Origin: Minutocellus sp. GHC0000111
Taxonomy: Eukaryota
Direction: 5' to 3'
Length of the DNA: 64,000 nucleotides
Assembly: GCA_977018835.1 (NCBI GenBank)
Contig: OZ361256.1
Span: forward strand, 3,162,001-3,226,000
Shown: positions 12,887 to 23,053 of the stretch, piece by piece
Numbering within the stretch: the stretch's first letter is position 1
Layout of the letters: every line of letters begins with the position of its first letter
Position numbers and translations under genes: made by a program
The notes under the pieces: generated by a model
Database searches by the model: none
Seen by the model: only the letters and a program-made list of their open reading frames with translations
Told to the model about the DNA's origin: nothing

Positions 12887-13162
12887 ATGATTGGAAAGGA
12901 GCGAAGTGCCAAGCTCCAGAAGCTTGTTGAGCAAGGCAAATGGAGTGAGGTGAACGCCCTCATCAAAAGTGACCACGATCAGCTTCTTGTTGCCAGTTCC
13001 TCGCTTGAGACGCTGCCGGTGCATGGTGCCGTGCGGAAAGCAGCTCCTCTCAAAGTGGTCAAGCGGATGGTCCAGGCTGCTCCCGACGCGCTTCGCCACA
13101 TGGACAAGATTGGTCGCATCCCATTGCACCATGTGTCCTCACGGCCGAACCACGCGCGTTGA
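12887..13162 (+). pseudogene. Degenerate ankyrin-repeat-like fragment
   Basis: ETLPVHGAVRKAAPLKVVKRMVQAAPDAL..DKIGRIPLHH resembles algal ankyrin repeats (G.LPLH). It is short and truncated, and lies in a TpA-depleted island. Confidence 0.55.
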
Positions 13163-13760
13163 CCATGATCGGCGGTCTCGTCGATTGCTTGTTGAGTTGC
13201 GACAGCAGCACCAGCAAGGTGAGAGACGACGTCGATGGCAACCTTCCTCGTGCTGTCCGTCTGAACGGCATGTGTCTTCGTCGAGGTGAGCAATCTGATC
13301 ATGACCGTCCACGTCGTTGTTGTTGGCAATGTCGCTGTCGGCATCGCAGCCGTCGTGGTGTTCCTCTTCGTCATTGTTGTAGCTGCCGGAACTGCCTTCT
13401 TCCTCGTCCGGTTCGCTTCGCACGGGAGGAGTGAGAGGTCACCCTTCGGGATCGCACGGAGTCAATCCTTCCGGCGTCTCAGAGTCGGGCTCTACGTCTT
13501 GGCACACTGGAGGTGGCTGCCATCGATCTCGCATTCTTCGCACTGCGTGTTGTGGTGGAGTGATGTGTCGTGACCGGGGCAGTCATCGTTGGTCGTGTCG
13601 TCCATTGGCACTGCCTCCTCTTGCCAGTCGTTGCCGAGCTCACCCTCGTCGTCTGGGACGCAATCACCACACTCATCGGCGTCATCCCAGTGGTCGCATG
13701 CGTCCTCGGCTCCCCGCACACATGGTCCTCGGGAACATCCTCCCCTGACCACACATCTTC
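13139..13760 (-). pseudogene. Degenerate acidic low-complexity ORF remnant
   Basis: Broken ORFs 13492-13752 and 13139-13423 are D/E-rich with regularly placed C/H (EDACDHWDDADECGDCVPDD). Confidence 0.45.
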
Positions 13761-14197
13761 AATGTAACGGTCGTCGACGAACACATTCGCACGACGAATG
13801 TCAATCAGAAATCGTCGATTTCGGGCCGATTTTGACCGTTCGAGCTTTGAGTTTTGCTCGAAATCCTTTTTTTGCAGCAAAAAGGTTGATTCTCGTGTAC
13901 CGTGCGTAGAGAGTTTTGGTACAAAACTACCCACCCTACCAACAGATACGCAGGTTCCGGGGCATTTCCTGGGGAAAATCGCTCCCCATACACCTCAATT
14001 TCACTAGCAGCTCCGTGTTATTTTTTTTAGCCAATGTCGCACACAGTGTTGTTACCGCGTCTCAGGAGGCAACTTGCCGTTGTGGCGTTGCTTGGCGGGC
14101 CCGCCACGCCTGTCCGTCAACCGCCTATCATCGTCGTCGGCGTAAGGCAACCAAAATACCATTGGTACAAGAGGCAGCCGACTGCACCGCCAGTGCC

Positions 14198-15824
14198 ATG
14201 AGGGCTAGCATGTTTGTGCGCGTGGCATCTCGTAGATGCACTCATGCATTTGGCTTGTCATCAGATTTTCGCCTGCCAAGTTAAAGCGTCAGATTTTCGT
14301 TTCATGCTCGCTCTCGGATCAATCGCATCATGCCTCCTGCTGCCTCGCAACCGGCCGCTACAATTGCATGGCCCTCAATTGGCACACGGCACTTTTCCTC
14401 ACACCAACGACCAATCCCCAAAAAGATTGCCCACAAATACATGAAAGAGCTGAAGCAAACAAGATACTGGAGGGATGCCATCGAAATTATCGATGGCGTC
14501 GAAAAGGCTGGTTTTGTACCCAATTTGTTCCTCTTCAACGCGGCAATCAATAAATGTGCCTACAAAGGTAGGTGGAGAGAGGCGATGCGATTGTACGAGC
14601 AAATGACGAAGAATAGAATACAACCCGATGCATTTACATTCAGCACATTAATCAACACCTGTGGACGTGGTAGTCGGACGGATGTGGCACTTGCACTTTG
14701 GGACGAAATGCACAAGAAAAGGGTCAAGCCCAATGAGTTTGTCTACGCGTCTCTTATTTGTGCTTGTGAGAAGGGTGGGCCAAAATATGTCGATGCTGCT
14801 CTGCAGTATTATGCTGATATGTCGAAGTCTGGACTCAAAACCAAATTTGATTGCGCTGAGTGCAGCCATTAGCGTATGTGAGAAGGGTGGCAAGAGATAT
14901 ACCGTTATGGCTTTACGTTTGCTCGATGAGATGAAACATCATGGCTTGCAACCAGATGTGATTGTTTATAGCGCGGCGATTAGCGCCTGCGAAAAAGGTG
15001 GCACGGCCAAGTTTACTGAAAACACTTTGTCTTTATTCCAAGAAATGAAGCAAAAACAGCTCGAGCCAAATGTCTATACATACAGCGCACTGATTTCGGC
15101 ATGCGAGAAGGGAGGGGAAGAATACACGACGAGGGCTCTCGATTTGTACAAAGAAATGAAAAGGGAAAGGATCGAGCCAACTTCAGTTACTTTTGGTTCC
15201 TTGATCAGTGCGTGTGAGAAGGGAGGCGAGACATTTACAACCCAAGCTTTTGAGTTGTTTGTGGAGATGAAAAGGCGGGAAATCAAAGCTGGAGTAATAG
15301 AGTATACCGCTCTCATATCAGTCACCGAGAAGGCCCGTCTACCAAGCAAGGCCTTTGATCTGTTTTGTCAGATGAAATCCGACGGAATAAAACCAGATTT
15401 TGCCGCGTATACTTCGGTTATCAAGTCATTGTTTGATGCCAACAAGTATAGCGACGCACAAGAGCTAACGAGAGAAGCTGTCACTCAGGAAGTGTTTCAG
15501 GAGTTGCAAGGAAATAAGTGGGATTTGCATGGCCTTTCCGAGGCTACTGCTTGCATGTTGCTCGTTCATAGCTTGGTGAAAATGGAGAATGGTTCAGGTC
15601 TGAGCGATATAATTGTCGTAACGGGAAAGGGACTAAATACGGAAGATCCAGATGGGCCGGTGTTACGAGAGAGGGTTCCCTTATTTGTCAAAACTGTGAT
15701 TGGCATTCCGCCAACTCCCGTTGAAGGAAACGAGGGCAGATTTATCATCTCTAAAGACAATTTCGAGGATTGGAGAGAATCGAAGGTGTATCAAGAATTC
15801 AAGGGCAAGTTTTTACTTAGCTAA
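14198..15824 (+). CDS. PPR-SMR protein, probably mitochondrion-targeted; frameshifts near the 5' end and at ~14837
   Basis: PPR repeats (PDVIVYSAAISACEKGG), Smr motifs WDLHGL, IIVVTGKG and GNEGRF, and presequence-like MRASMFVRVASRR...GTRHFSS. An extra A in the AAAA run at 14837-14840 separates ORFs 14330-14872 and 14661-15824. Confidence 0.88.
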
Positions 15825-15917
15825 CGGTTAGATACTCTGCTCGCCTACCTAGACTAGTAGTAGATTTTTCCCGCTAGTAGTCGAAACATGGATGATGACA
15901 AAGGTACCGCTACCTAT

Positions 15918-18767
15918 CTAGCGAGGGGCACCGGCAAGGAGAACGGCTGCACTTACCACCGCGGTCACAATAAAGTACTTTTTGCCGAATCTGACAATGC
16001 CTTGGTATAGCATGAAAAGAATGATGGCAAATGGAGAGAGCTGGGCAAGGACAGAAGCCGCGAGGCCAGGACCCCCAAGCAATGCAACGGCAATCTTGTC
16101 CGCTGATTCAGTTGCCGCCTTTGCGAAGGAATCGGCAAGATGATATGTTGTGCCATGGACGAATGTCGCCAGGTCCAATAGATTGAATTTTGGCACATCC
16201 GGATACAAATGGTATCCAACAAACAACTCCAAAAAGGTCAAACCATACAGCCAATAAGGGCATTCGGACGTCCATTTTTTGGGCATAAAATGACCCCACA
16301 GCGTGTGTAGGACTAGATACGAGACATAGCCAACCGATGATTTCGTCTTCTTGTATGCGTAGAATAGCACCAAGTCCAACGCCCATCGATTGGGAGGCCT
16401 CTTCGAAAGAAGGGCACCGGGGAGAGCCACGGCAATGATGGCCAAGGGTAGCGATCGCAATGCTTCGCGAAGAATGCCAAACACCCCACGAAGCACCAAA
16501 TAGAGGAAGGCCGCGTTCATGACAAAAGTAATAGCTCTCTGCCACTGCGCAGGGGGTGGACCATTGCGACCGGGTATAACACCCAGGGCCATCCAAAACG
16601 TCGTCAGGCCCTGATTGGCAACCCAGAGAGCCATGTACGGGCGCAGCCTGAGCAGACAAATCAACGCCTTGCCCATGCAATTCATCGAAATGAGAGCAAG
16701 GTTGACGGCGGCATCCATTTCCTGCGGGGTGTCCAACCCTGCAAGGCCGGGGAGTACCTCGAGTTGTTGAAGCCGCTCGGCATTCTCCCGTGCCCGATCA
16801 TTGAGGGTGGGATCGAACAGCACCGAGGGCATGGCGTCGCGGATGAGTTCCTGGGTGGTGGCCACGGGTTGGCGGAGGGCGTACACCTTGTTGCGTCGGA
16901 TTTCGGTCAGGATGCCCCACCGGACCAGCTTGGGAAATATCTCGTCCGCGGTGCTCAGCGACACCATGTCGGCGGGGATGTAGTTCGGGCTGGGCGTGTG
17001 GGCCAGGAAGCAGAACAGACCGTAGTATCGGCCGGTAGTTCCGTTGGGAGCTCCGGCCTGCTGGGCATTCCGGGCAGCAGCAGCAGCAGCTGCTGCGGCT
17101 CGGGGAGCTCGACGGCCAGCTCCAGCGCCTCGGCCGTCGGCGTTTCCACGTCCATCTCCACCAGGCACACCACCGCCCTCGTCGCCAGCTGGTGCAGCAC
17201 CGGCCATGGCGGCGACGTTGCCTCCGGCATCGACAATGTCGACAATGTTCTCCATCATCTGATTCTGGAACATGCGGTGCTGAACACGCTGAGCCTGGCC
17301 ATTGGCATCCCTTCCACCTCGATTTTGCCCACCGCCGTTGCCCGCAGCATGGTTGCCCTGCCCGTTCGCATTGGCGTTGAACTGGCCGATATTCCCACCA
17401 CCACCACCACCACCATTGCCACCACCAATGCCACCACCACCACTTGTACCGCAGGCATACCTCACAATCTCCCCCAAGCTGGCCTTTTTCAACACCAGAT
17501 CCTGCACCGTCCAACCAAATGCGGCGGTAACTTCCTCACTGAATTGCGATCCGTTGCCAGTTTCCACGGTCGGACGACGGCGCATTGAAATATTGGCCAC
17601 GGTCAGGACGTGGTGACATCGGGGACATTCGCCTATGCGGCAGTGCGTCCGGGACAGGCCTGATCCCAAGTTGGAGTTGGGGTGGGGGTGGGCGGTGCTA
17701 CCTGCCAGGGTGGTCATGGTGGTCACCTTGGGGATGGTCACGTAGGCCGTCTGGGGATTGTCGGTCCGTGTCGCCAGGGTGACCATGCAGGTGGGGCAGA
17801 AGCGGGTGGTCGACGACAGTTCCCGGCTGTTGTTGCTGTTGATACCGTCCTCGTTGATAGCTGCTACTTCTTCTGCTGCATCGCCCTCATTGGTCTGGAC
17901 AACCCCGCAGCACGGCAACGTGACCAGCCGATCTGCGGCGTAGGTTTGGAAGCAGATGGCGCACGAGCAGCTACTAGTGCCGTTGTCCGCGTCATCTGTA
18001 TCACCCTTGCTGCTGTCCGGCGAACCAACAATCGGTTGCGATGCCATCTTGCGAATATTTCCATCGTCTTCCTCGTAATCGTCATCGGAGGAGGTATCGG
18101 CCAGCTCCTCATAGCCATCCCGATGCTTCGCATCTCCATCTCCACCCTCCTCTTCCTTCTTGTCATAATCACCCTCCTCCTCCTCCGACGACGAATCCAC
18201 CTCCCGCTCGGCAAACTCCGCGGCGCTCTGCACCGTGCCCGCCTCCCTCCTCCTTCTCCCGGCCTCCTCGGCTTCCGCTTGCGCCCGTTCGGCTTCCGCG
18301 CGACGGCGGGCCCGGGCCTCGGCGGCCCGGCTTTCGAGGATGTTGCGCCACTCGGCCTTGGTGGGCAAGATGCCCAGGAGGCCGTGCCGCTCTCGGTTCG
18401 AGGTGGAGTTTGAGTTTGTAGCGGCAGGGGCAGCAGCAGCAGCGGAGCTGGCGGCGGCAGATCCGTTGGCAACGTTGCCCACGGAGGGTATGCCGCCGCT
18501 CCTTTCCCTGCTGGCGCTGCTGGATCTTCTGGCACTGGCACTGCCGGTACTGCGCGGAGACGACGACGACGCGGAGTTGCCCCCTGGGTTGCTGCTGCGG
18601 CTGCGGTTGCGGTTCGGAGCCCGCTTCTTCTTGGCCGGGCGGTTCGCTTCTTCAGCTGCTGGTGAGGCGGCGGCATATGCAGCAGTACCGGTAGCAGCGG
18701 CGGCCGCGGCAGCCTTGCGCTTCCGGCTCGGGGTATCGGCACCGGTATCGGCGGCAGTACGGACCAT
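15918..18767 (-). CDS. RING-like Cys domain protein with C-terminal multi-pass TM region (paralog of 5087-7770)
   Basis: Intact 949-aa ORF with CAIC..RLVTLPCC...STTRFCPTC...GECPRC, LVRWGIL, GVIPGR.GP and a hydrophobic C-terminus. Confidence 0.8.
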   Translation of the reverse strand: MVRTAADTGADTPSRKRKAAAAAAATGTAAYAAASPAAEEANRPAKKKRAPNRNRSRSSNPGGNSASSSSPRSTGSASARRSSSASRERSGGIPSVGNVANGSAAASSAAAAAPAATNSNSTSNRERHGLLGILPTKAEWRNILESRAAEARARRRAEAERAQAEAEEAGRRRREAGTVQSAAEFAEREVDSSSEEEEGDYDKKEEEGGDGDAKHRDGYEELADTSSDDDYEEDDGNIRKMASQPIVGSPDSSKGDTDDADNGTSSCSCAICFQTYAADRLVTLPCCGVVQTNEGDAAEEVAAINEDGINSNNSRELSSTTRFCPTCMVTLATRTDNPQTAYVTIPKVTTMTTLAGSTAHPHPNSNLGSGLSRTHCRIGECPRCHHVLTVANISMRRRPTVETGNGSQFSEEVTAAFGWTVQDLVLKKASLGEIVRYACGTSGGGGIGGGNGGGGGGGNIGQFNANANGQGNHAAGNGGGQNRGGRDANGQAQRVQHRMFQNQMMENIVDIVDAGGNVAAMAGAAPAGDEGGGVPGGDGRGNADGRGAGAGRRAPRAAAAAAAAARNAQQAGAPNGTTGRYYGLFCFLAHTPSPNYIPADMVSLSTADEIFPKLVRWGILTEIRRNKVYALRQPVATTQELIRDAMPSVLFDPTLNDRARENAERLQQLEVLPGLAGLDTPQEMDAAVNLALISMNCMGKALICLLRLRPYMALWVANQGLTTFWMALGVIPGRNGPPPAQWQRAITFVMNAAFLYLVLRGVFGILREALRSLPLAIIAVALPGALLSKRPPNRWALDLVLFYAYKKTKSSVGYVSYLVLHTLWGHFMPKKWTSECPYWLYGLTFLELFVGYHLYPDVPKFNLLDLATFVHGTTYHLADSFAKAATESADKIAVALLGGPGLAASVLAQLSPFAIILFMLYQGIVRFGKKYFIVTAVVSAAVLLAGAPR

Positions 18768-19214
18768 CGTTCCGTTTGTTCAGGGTTGGAAAAAAATGAG
18801 CAGGCGGAATGGACTGGAAGCGAAGAGGAAATGCCTGCAAAAATTATAAAAATGGTCGCGACTCAAAATGTACAAGGAGTTTTTGGCGCCAGTGCCACCA
18901 AGACGGCCAAGACCCAAGACGAGGACGATCCAAAGCCCATGCGCGGCTGACGGCTCTTTTCCTCCAGTCCAGCCACCCGTTTCGTTGGTACACGGAAGCA
19001 ACACAATCCGAATGAAACGAACGGAAGGAAGGGAGGAAAGAATAGCGCGTATATATTCATACCGGCAGGTAGGTACATATCATCAGGAGATGCTGTCTAC
19101 ATCTATCTGGCCACACATTACATGGACTCAATATGCCTCTTCTACTTTCCTACTTTCGTCATTGAAGCAGCGCGCAGCAGAGTCAGCCAAGTTGCCAACA
19201 GGCCCAACAGCACT

Positions 19215-19975
19215 ATGGAACCCGACGGAGTGTACTACGGAAACGAAGAGGTGCGGGCGAAGAGCCATGCTCATCGCCCAGAGCCATCCGCACCGCCAAT
19301 CGATCAGGAATGTCTCCTCTCGCCGGCCAATTCGCTGGATCCGCCAGAAGAGGACATGGCCGCACTCACCAAGGCCAATGGTTCGAGCGGAAGGGCCCAT
19401 AATTTGGAGCCATTGGGCCTCACCGACGATAGTTTGATGAGCCCAGTGGCTGCAACACACACCATCCCAAGCATTACTGACGCGAACCTTCCAGTTGCAT
19501 CTGCAGTTCCAATTATTACTGATGCAGTCGGTGCTTCTTCTGATACATCAAACGAGGCAGCTCCTTCTTCTGGAAGGAAGAATTCTACAGCGCCCAATAC
19601 CGGCAGTAGTAGAGAAACCACCGGATCACTTTCAGAGCTAGGTCTGCAACGACAAGAAAGGGAGCAATCAAGAGCTCCAAACCGTGGCGCCCCCTCGCCC
19701 TTGACACTGATTGAAAATCCTCGGCTAGACGGCCATTGTTCTACATCAGAAATGGAAGGCTCGCAGAGCCCCAACCTCCAAGGGTCCTAACCCGAAAGGA
19801 AAAGGAAAGAAAATATACTATGGAGTTCAAAGAGCGCCAGAAAAAAGAGAAAGAACGCCAGAAAAAGATTGCCGAGGCCAAGAAGAAGCGTGCTGCCTTC
19901 AAAGCAGCAACAAAAAATAAAATGCCTCAACCACAGACAGAACAGAGGGATAGATTTCTAAGATTTGACTATTAG
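19215..19975 (+). CDS. Hypothetical disordered protein with Lys-rich coiled C-terminus; probable frameshift near 19785
   Basis: ORF from ATG 19215 continues into ORF 19736-19975 (RKEKERKY..KKEKERQKK). Confidence 0.45.
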
Positions 19976-20020
19976 ATAGGACCCGACAAACACATTAGCA
20001 GGGTGCCTCTATAAAGTAAT

Positions 20021-21397
20021 TTATTGCATCATCTGATACAGCTGCGCCTGAACCTTTGTAAATGTATCTCGGACCAGATTGTTGTGCGCCACAATCACTG
20101 GAACACGAGGGTGCGTGTCGACATCATACGAGTTGGCCCTTGCCGTGAGTTCATCAATCAAAGCGATTGTGCTATCCACGTTCTGCGTGAGGGCCTGATG
20201 TGTGTACTGGAGATACTGCTGATTCAATGCCTTGGATGTCTTTGAGTCCTTGTTTCGCACCGCATTCAACAATACCTGTGCATTCGGATCGTTGTTGTCC
20301 TTCAGAAGCTTGTACAGGAACAGATTCCACACCCGAGATCCAATTTCGCCTGTTTCGGTACCAAACAGAAGCTCTGTAAAATCATATCCCAATTCTTGCA
20401 TCTCCTGTTGATGATCCAACGCCTTGCAGAACACGCCGGGGCAGTCATCGTCGAGAAATCCATATGTGGCAAACAGTGGGGATGGATTCGATGCATCTCC
20501 AAGAGTAATGGCCAGTTGGGATTCCGCCGGAATATCTCGAATAGCTGTCACAATGCAATTCCCTTCTCCATCGTAGGCGATTTCCACATTCGGATACGTG
20601 CCATAATTAATCATATCGGCGAACGGCGCAATCTTCTTTTCCACCTGTGGTATCACCACCTGGTGCCTCGTCAGGGCCACGTTGTAAGCCCACCTCACCA
20701 AGTTATCGTCAGCCGTTGTGTCTGGACTCAAGGGAACGTTGCCGCGAACCAACGCACCATAAAAGTAGGCATAGTTGTCCCTCTCCATGGAAGCCAGATA
20801 AGACACGTACGGCGGGAGGCATTGAAAGCACGCGTCAGTCATGGGCACGCCGTTGTAGAATATCCGCGGCATGGCGTTGAGCCAGGGATAGTACGGGCTC
20901 TGTTCGTCCTTTTCATACTCGTCCAAGATCTTCACCATGAGACGGAAGAGGGGCAGGCGGTCCGTCACGCCGTGCTGGGCCAATATCTGCTCGGCCTGGT
21001 CCAAGCTGCCACCGAACTCCTGCTGGATGCCAGACGAGGACAGCACCAGCTGCGCGGGGATGAACATGACGGGCGACCCCTTGGCGATGGGCTGGGCGGT
21101 CCTAACGCCGAAGTTCCGCGGGTTGTTCGGGACGACCGGAACGATTTCCACGCCGGGGGCGGTCTGGGCGCCGTAGCCGAGGCACCACTCCACCATGGGG
21201 GAAACGCCCCGCTCTCGGGCGAGCATACCGCGGGAGCTGGAAGCTCCCGGGGACATGGTGGACATGCTGCATTGCGTGATAGAATCGGAAGCCTGCCATC
21301 TGGTAGCAGCGGCGGTTGTGACGTGTGAAGGTGGTTGAAACGCCCAAGCCGTCGAGGATACTAAAATGACGCTCAACAAACCAGGGAGGACCTTCAT
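20021..21397 (-). CDS. Plastid-targeted SET-domain protein (Rubisco LSMT-like lysine methyltransferase family)
   Basis: Signal peptide + AWAF motif. SET-like motifs FGVRTAQPIAKG, SPYYPWLNAMP, WAYNVALTR, IAPFADMIN, AIRDIPA and LFATYGF. Confidence 0.85.
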   Translation of the reverse strand: MKVLPGLLSVILVSSTAWAFQPPSHVTTAAATRWQASDSITQCSMSTMSPGASSSRGMLARERGVSPMVEWCLGYGAQTAPGVEIVPVVPNNPRNFGVRTAQPIAKGSPVMFIPAQLVLSSSGIQQEFGGSLDQAEQILAQHGVTDRLPLFRLMVKILDEYEKDEQSPYYPWLNAMPRIFYNGVPMTDACFQCLPPYVSYLASMERDNYAYFYGALVRGNVPLSPDTTADDNLVRWAYNVALTRHQVVIPQVEKKIAPFADMINYGTYPNVEIAYDGEGNCIVTAIRDIPAESQLAITLGDASNPSPLFATYGFLDDDCPGVFCKALDHQQEMQELGYDFTELLFGTETGEIGSRVWNLFLYKLLKDNNDPNAQVLLNAVRNKDSKTSKALNQQYLQYTHQALTQNVDSTIALIDELTARANSYDVDTHPRVPVIVAHNNLVRDTFTKVQAQLYQMMQ

Positions 21398-21784
21398 TCT
21401 TCTACTCTTCTCTGGTTGGAAATGGGATATGCGTTTCTCTGATGGTGCTGGGATCTATTGACTGTGCTTTTCGCTGGCACGTACGTCACAAGTCGCCTTG
21501 CCTTCTTCAAAATGAGCGGCGGGGGGGGGGGGTTCGCGGCAGCAGGCGGCGCGCGCGCGCGCCTGTGTGGAATGCCCGCAGACGAAGATTAGTCGCACCT
21601 CATTATCCAGTGGACATCTCCATCCGAAAAAAGTGAGCAAGTAGCAGGCGCCGAAGATAGACGGGCCAAGATTAGAAACAGATGCCTCATTCTGACTGGA
21701 CGCAATGCGAAGCATCCGATAACTAATCAGCTTTCAACCGCACAAAAGCAACAACAGCATATCAACCGAAAAAAGGCAAAGACA

Positions 21785-22558
21785 ATGTCTTTATCTGCAA
21801 TGGCAAAGATTTGCATCGGCTTCAAAAGCGACTGCTTTTCTTGTGCTGATGCTGGGCACTGTTCTTTCTCACCCGATTACGTCAAATTTGGGACCTGCCT
21901 GCCCGATTGCGACATGGATCTGGTCAAAGGAAAGTGCTACTCTCCACCCAAGTTCAACAGGAAGATGTGTCAATTGTGGGGAACAGACTGCGAGGCGGAC
22001 TTTGACACGTGTGAGGCTTGTCTAAGTAGCGGTATCTGCGTCTACAGCCCCGATACCGGCAAAGCCGGCAGCTGCCTCCACTCTTGCAATAGTGCCGTTG
22101 GACGATGCTTCAAGAAGGGATCATCCCTTGGCGTATGTACAACAGACGAGCCGTCAAAGACACCCTCGCTATCGCCAACCGAATCACCGACGATGAAAAC
22201 GCACGAAGAAATTCCGACCTTTGTCCCCGTGCCGACCATCGAACCTGCCGATGTAATGCTTGACACAAGCTCATCCTCTCCCACCTTTGCCGGGCCAACT
22301 CCCGAACCTACCTTTGCCGGGCCTACTCCCGAACCTACCGTTGCCGGGCCAACCCTCGAACCAACAGAATTCACCACACCCGATCCCACCAGCGCCCATG
22401 ATGCGAGGGACGATTCTTTGGTTCAAAGCTTACCCGACTTCAGTGCTTCGTACATGTCTATGTACTCTGCTCCCCTTAGGAGAAGGATGGAAAAAGGTAA
22501 AAGAAAAAGCCTCCGGAAGAAGCATCAAGCAAAAAGGCAGGAAAAGGAAAACGCCTAG
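21785..22558 (+). CDS. Cys-rich repeat protein with Pro/Thr mucin-like stalk
   Basis: Two C..C...G.C.(F/Y)SPD....G.CL..C modules followed by TPSLSPTESPT and three 27-bp FAGPTPEPT-type repeats (~22280-22365). Confidence 0.65.
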   Translation: MSLSAMAKICIGFKSDCFSCADAGHCSFSPDYVKFGTCLPDCDMDLVKGKCYSPPKFNRKMCQLWGTDCEADFDTCEACLSSGICVYSPDTGKAGSCLHSCNSAVGRCFKKGSSLGVCTTDEPSKTPSLSPTESPTMKTHEEIPTFVPVPTIEPADVMLDTSSSSPTFAGPTPEPTFAGPTPEPTVAGPTLEPTEFTTPDPTSAHDARDDSLVQSLPDFSASYMSMYSAPLRRRMEKGKRKSLRKKHQAKRQEKENA

Positions 22559-23053
22559 ATAGATTTGTTAGTACCGCTGGAAATCGATGGTATCTCAGCC
22601 CGTCATTCGAGCAGGGAATACGGATACTACGAGCAATTGGGAGGTTACAGGATTGGCCCTGAATATCACTACGAATAAGAAAGAAGTAATTTGCACGGTG
22701 AATTGCCTTGGCCCTAATGATTTTACTCTCAAGACGACAATTTGCTAAACGTAGATTCTACTTGTGCATGTAGAAATAGCATCTAGTCTACGTAAACGTT
22801 TCTTAAATCATGTACTTGTATTAGCTAGATCTAAAATACTTATATAATAACGACCCTGACGCATTTTATATTTTTTGCCCGAGGGCGGTTACATCTAGAT
22901 CTACCCTCCTGCTACATCAAATGGCGATGATCCATTGTCAAATGATGGTGGTAGGCTAGACTACGTAGACGTCTAGCTAGTTAGCTACTGCCTACATACC
23001 TAGCTAGGCATATGTAGACGTACATGTACCATGATAGCTGAATTTAAATGGAT

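Noticed and set aside
12885..13897. Classical CpG methylation decay or fungal RIP as the cause of the CA/TG-rich islands
   Set aside because: CpG remains abundant in the islands and TpA is lost rather than gained, which is the opposite of RIP.
13905..14010. Helitron 3' end (GGGGA..TCCCC hairpin followed by CTAG at ~14003)
   Set aside because: The hairpin is weak, CTAG is followed by C rather than T, and no matching 5' TC end could be identified.
1385..14845. Programmed ribosomal frameshifting
   Set aside because: The shifts occur in unrelated genes, in both directions, and mostly at short homopolymers with no shared slippery motif. Assembly indels are the simpler explanation.
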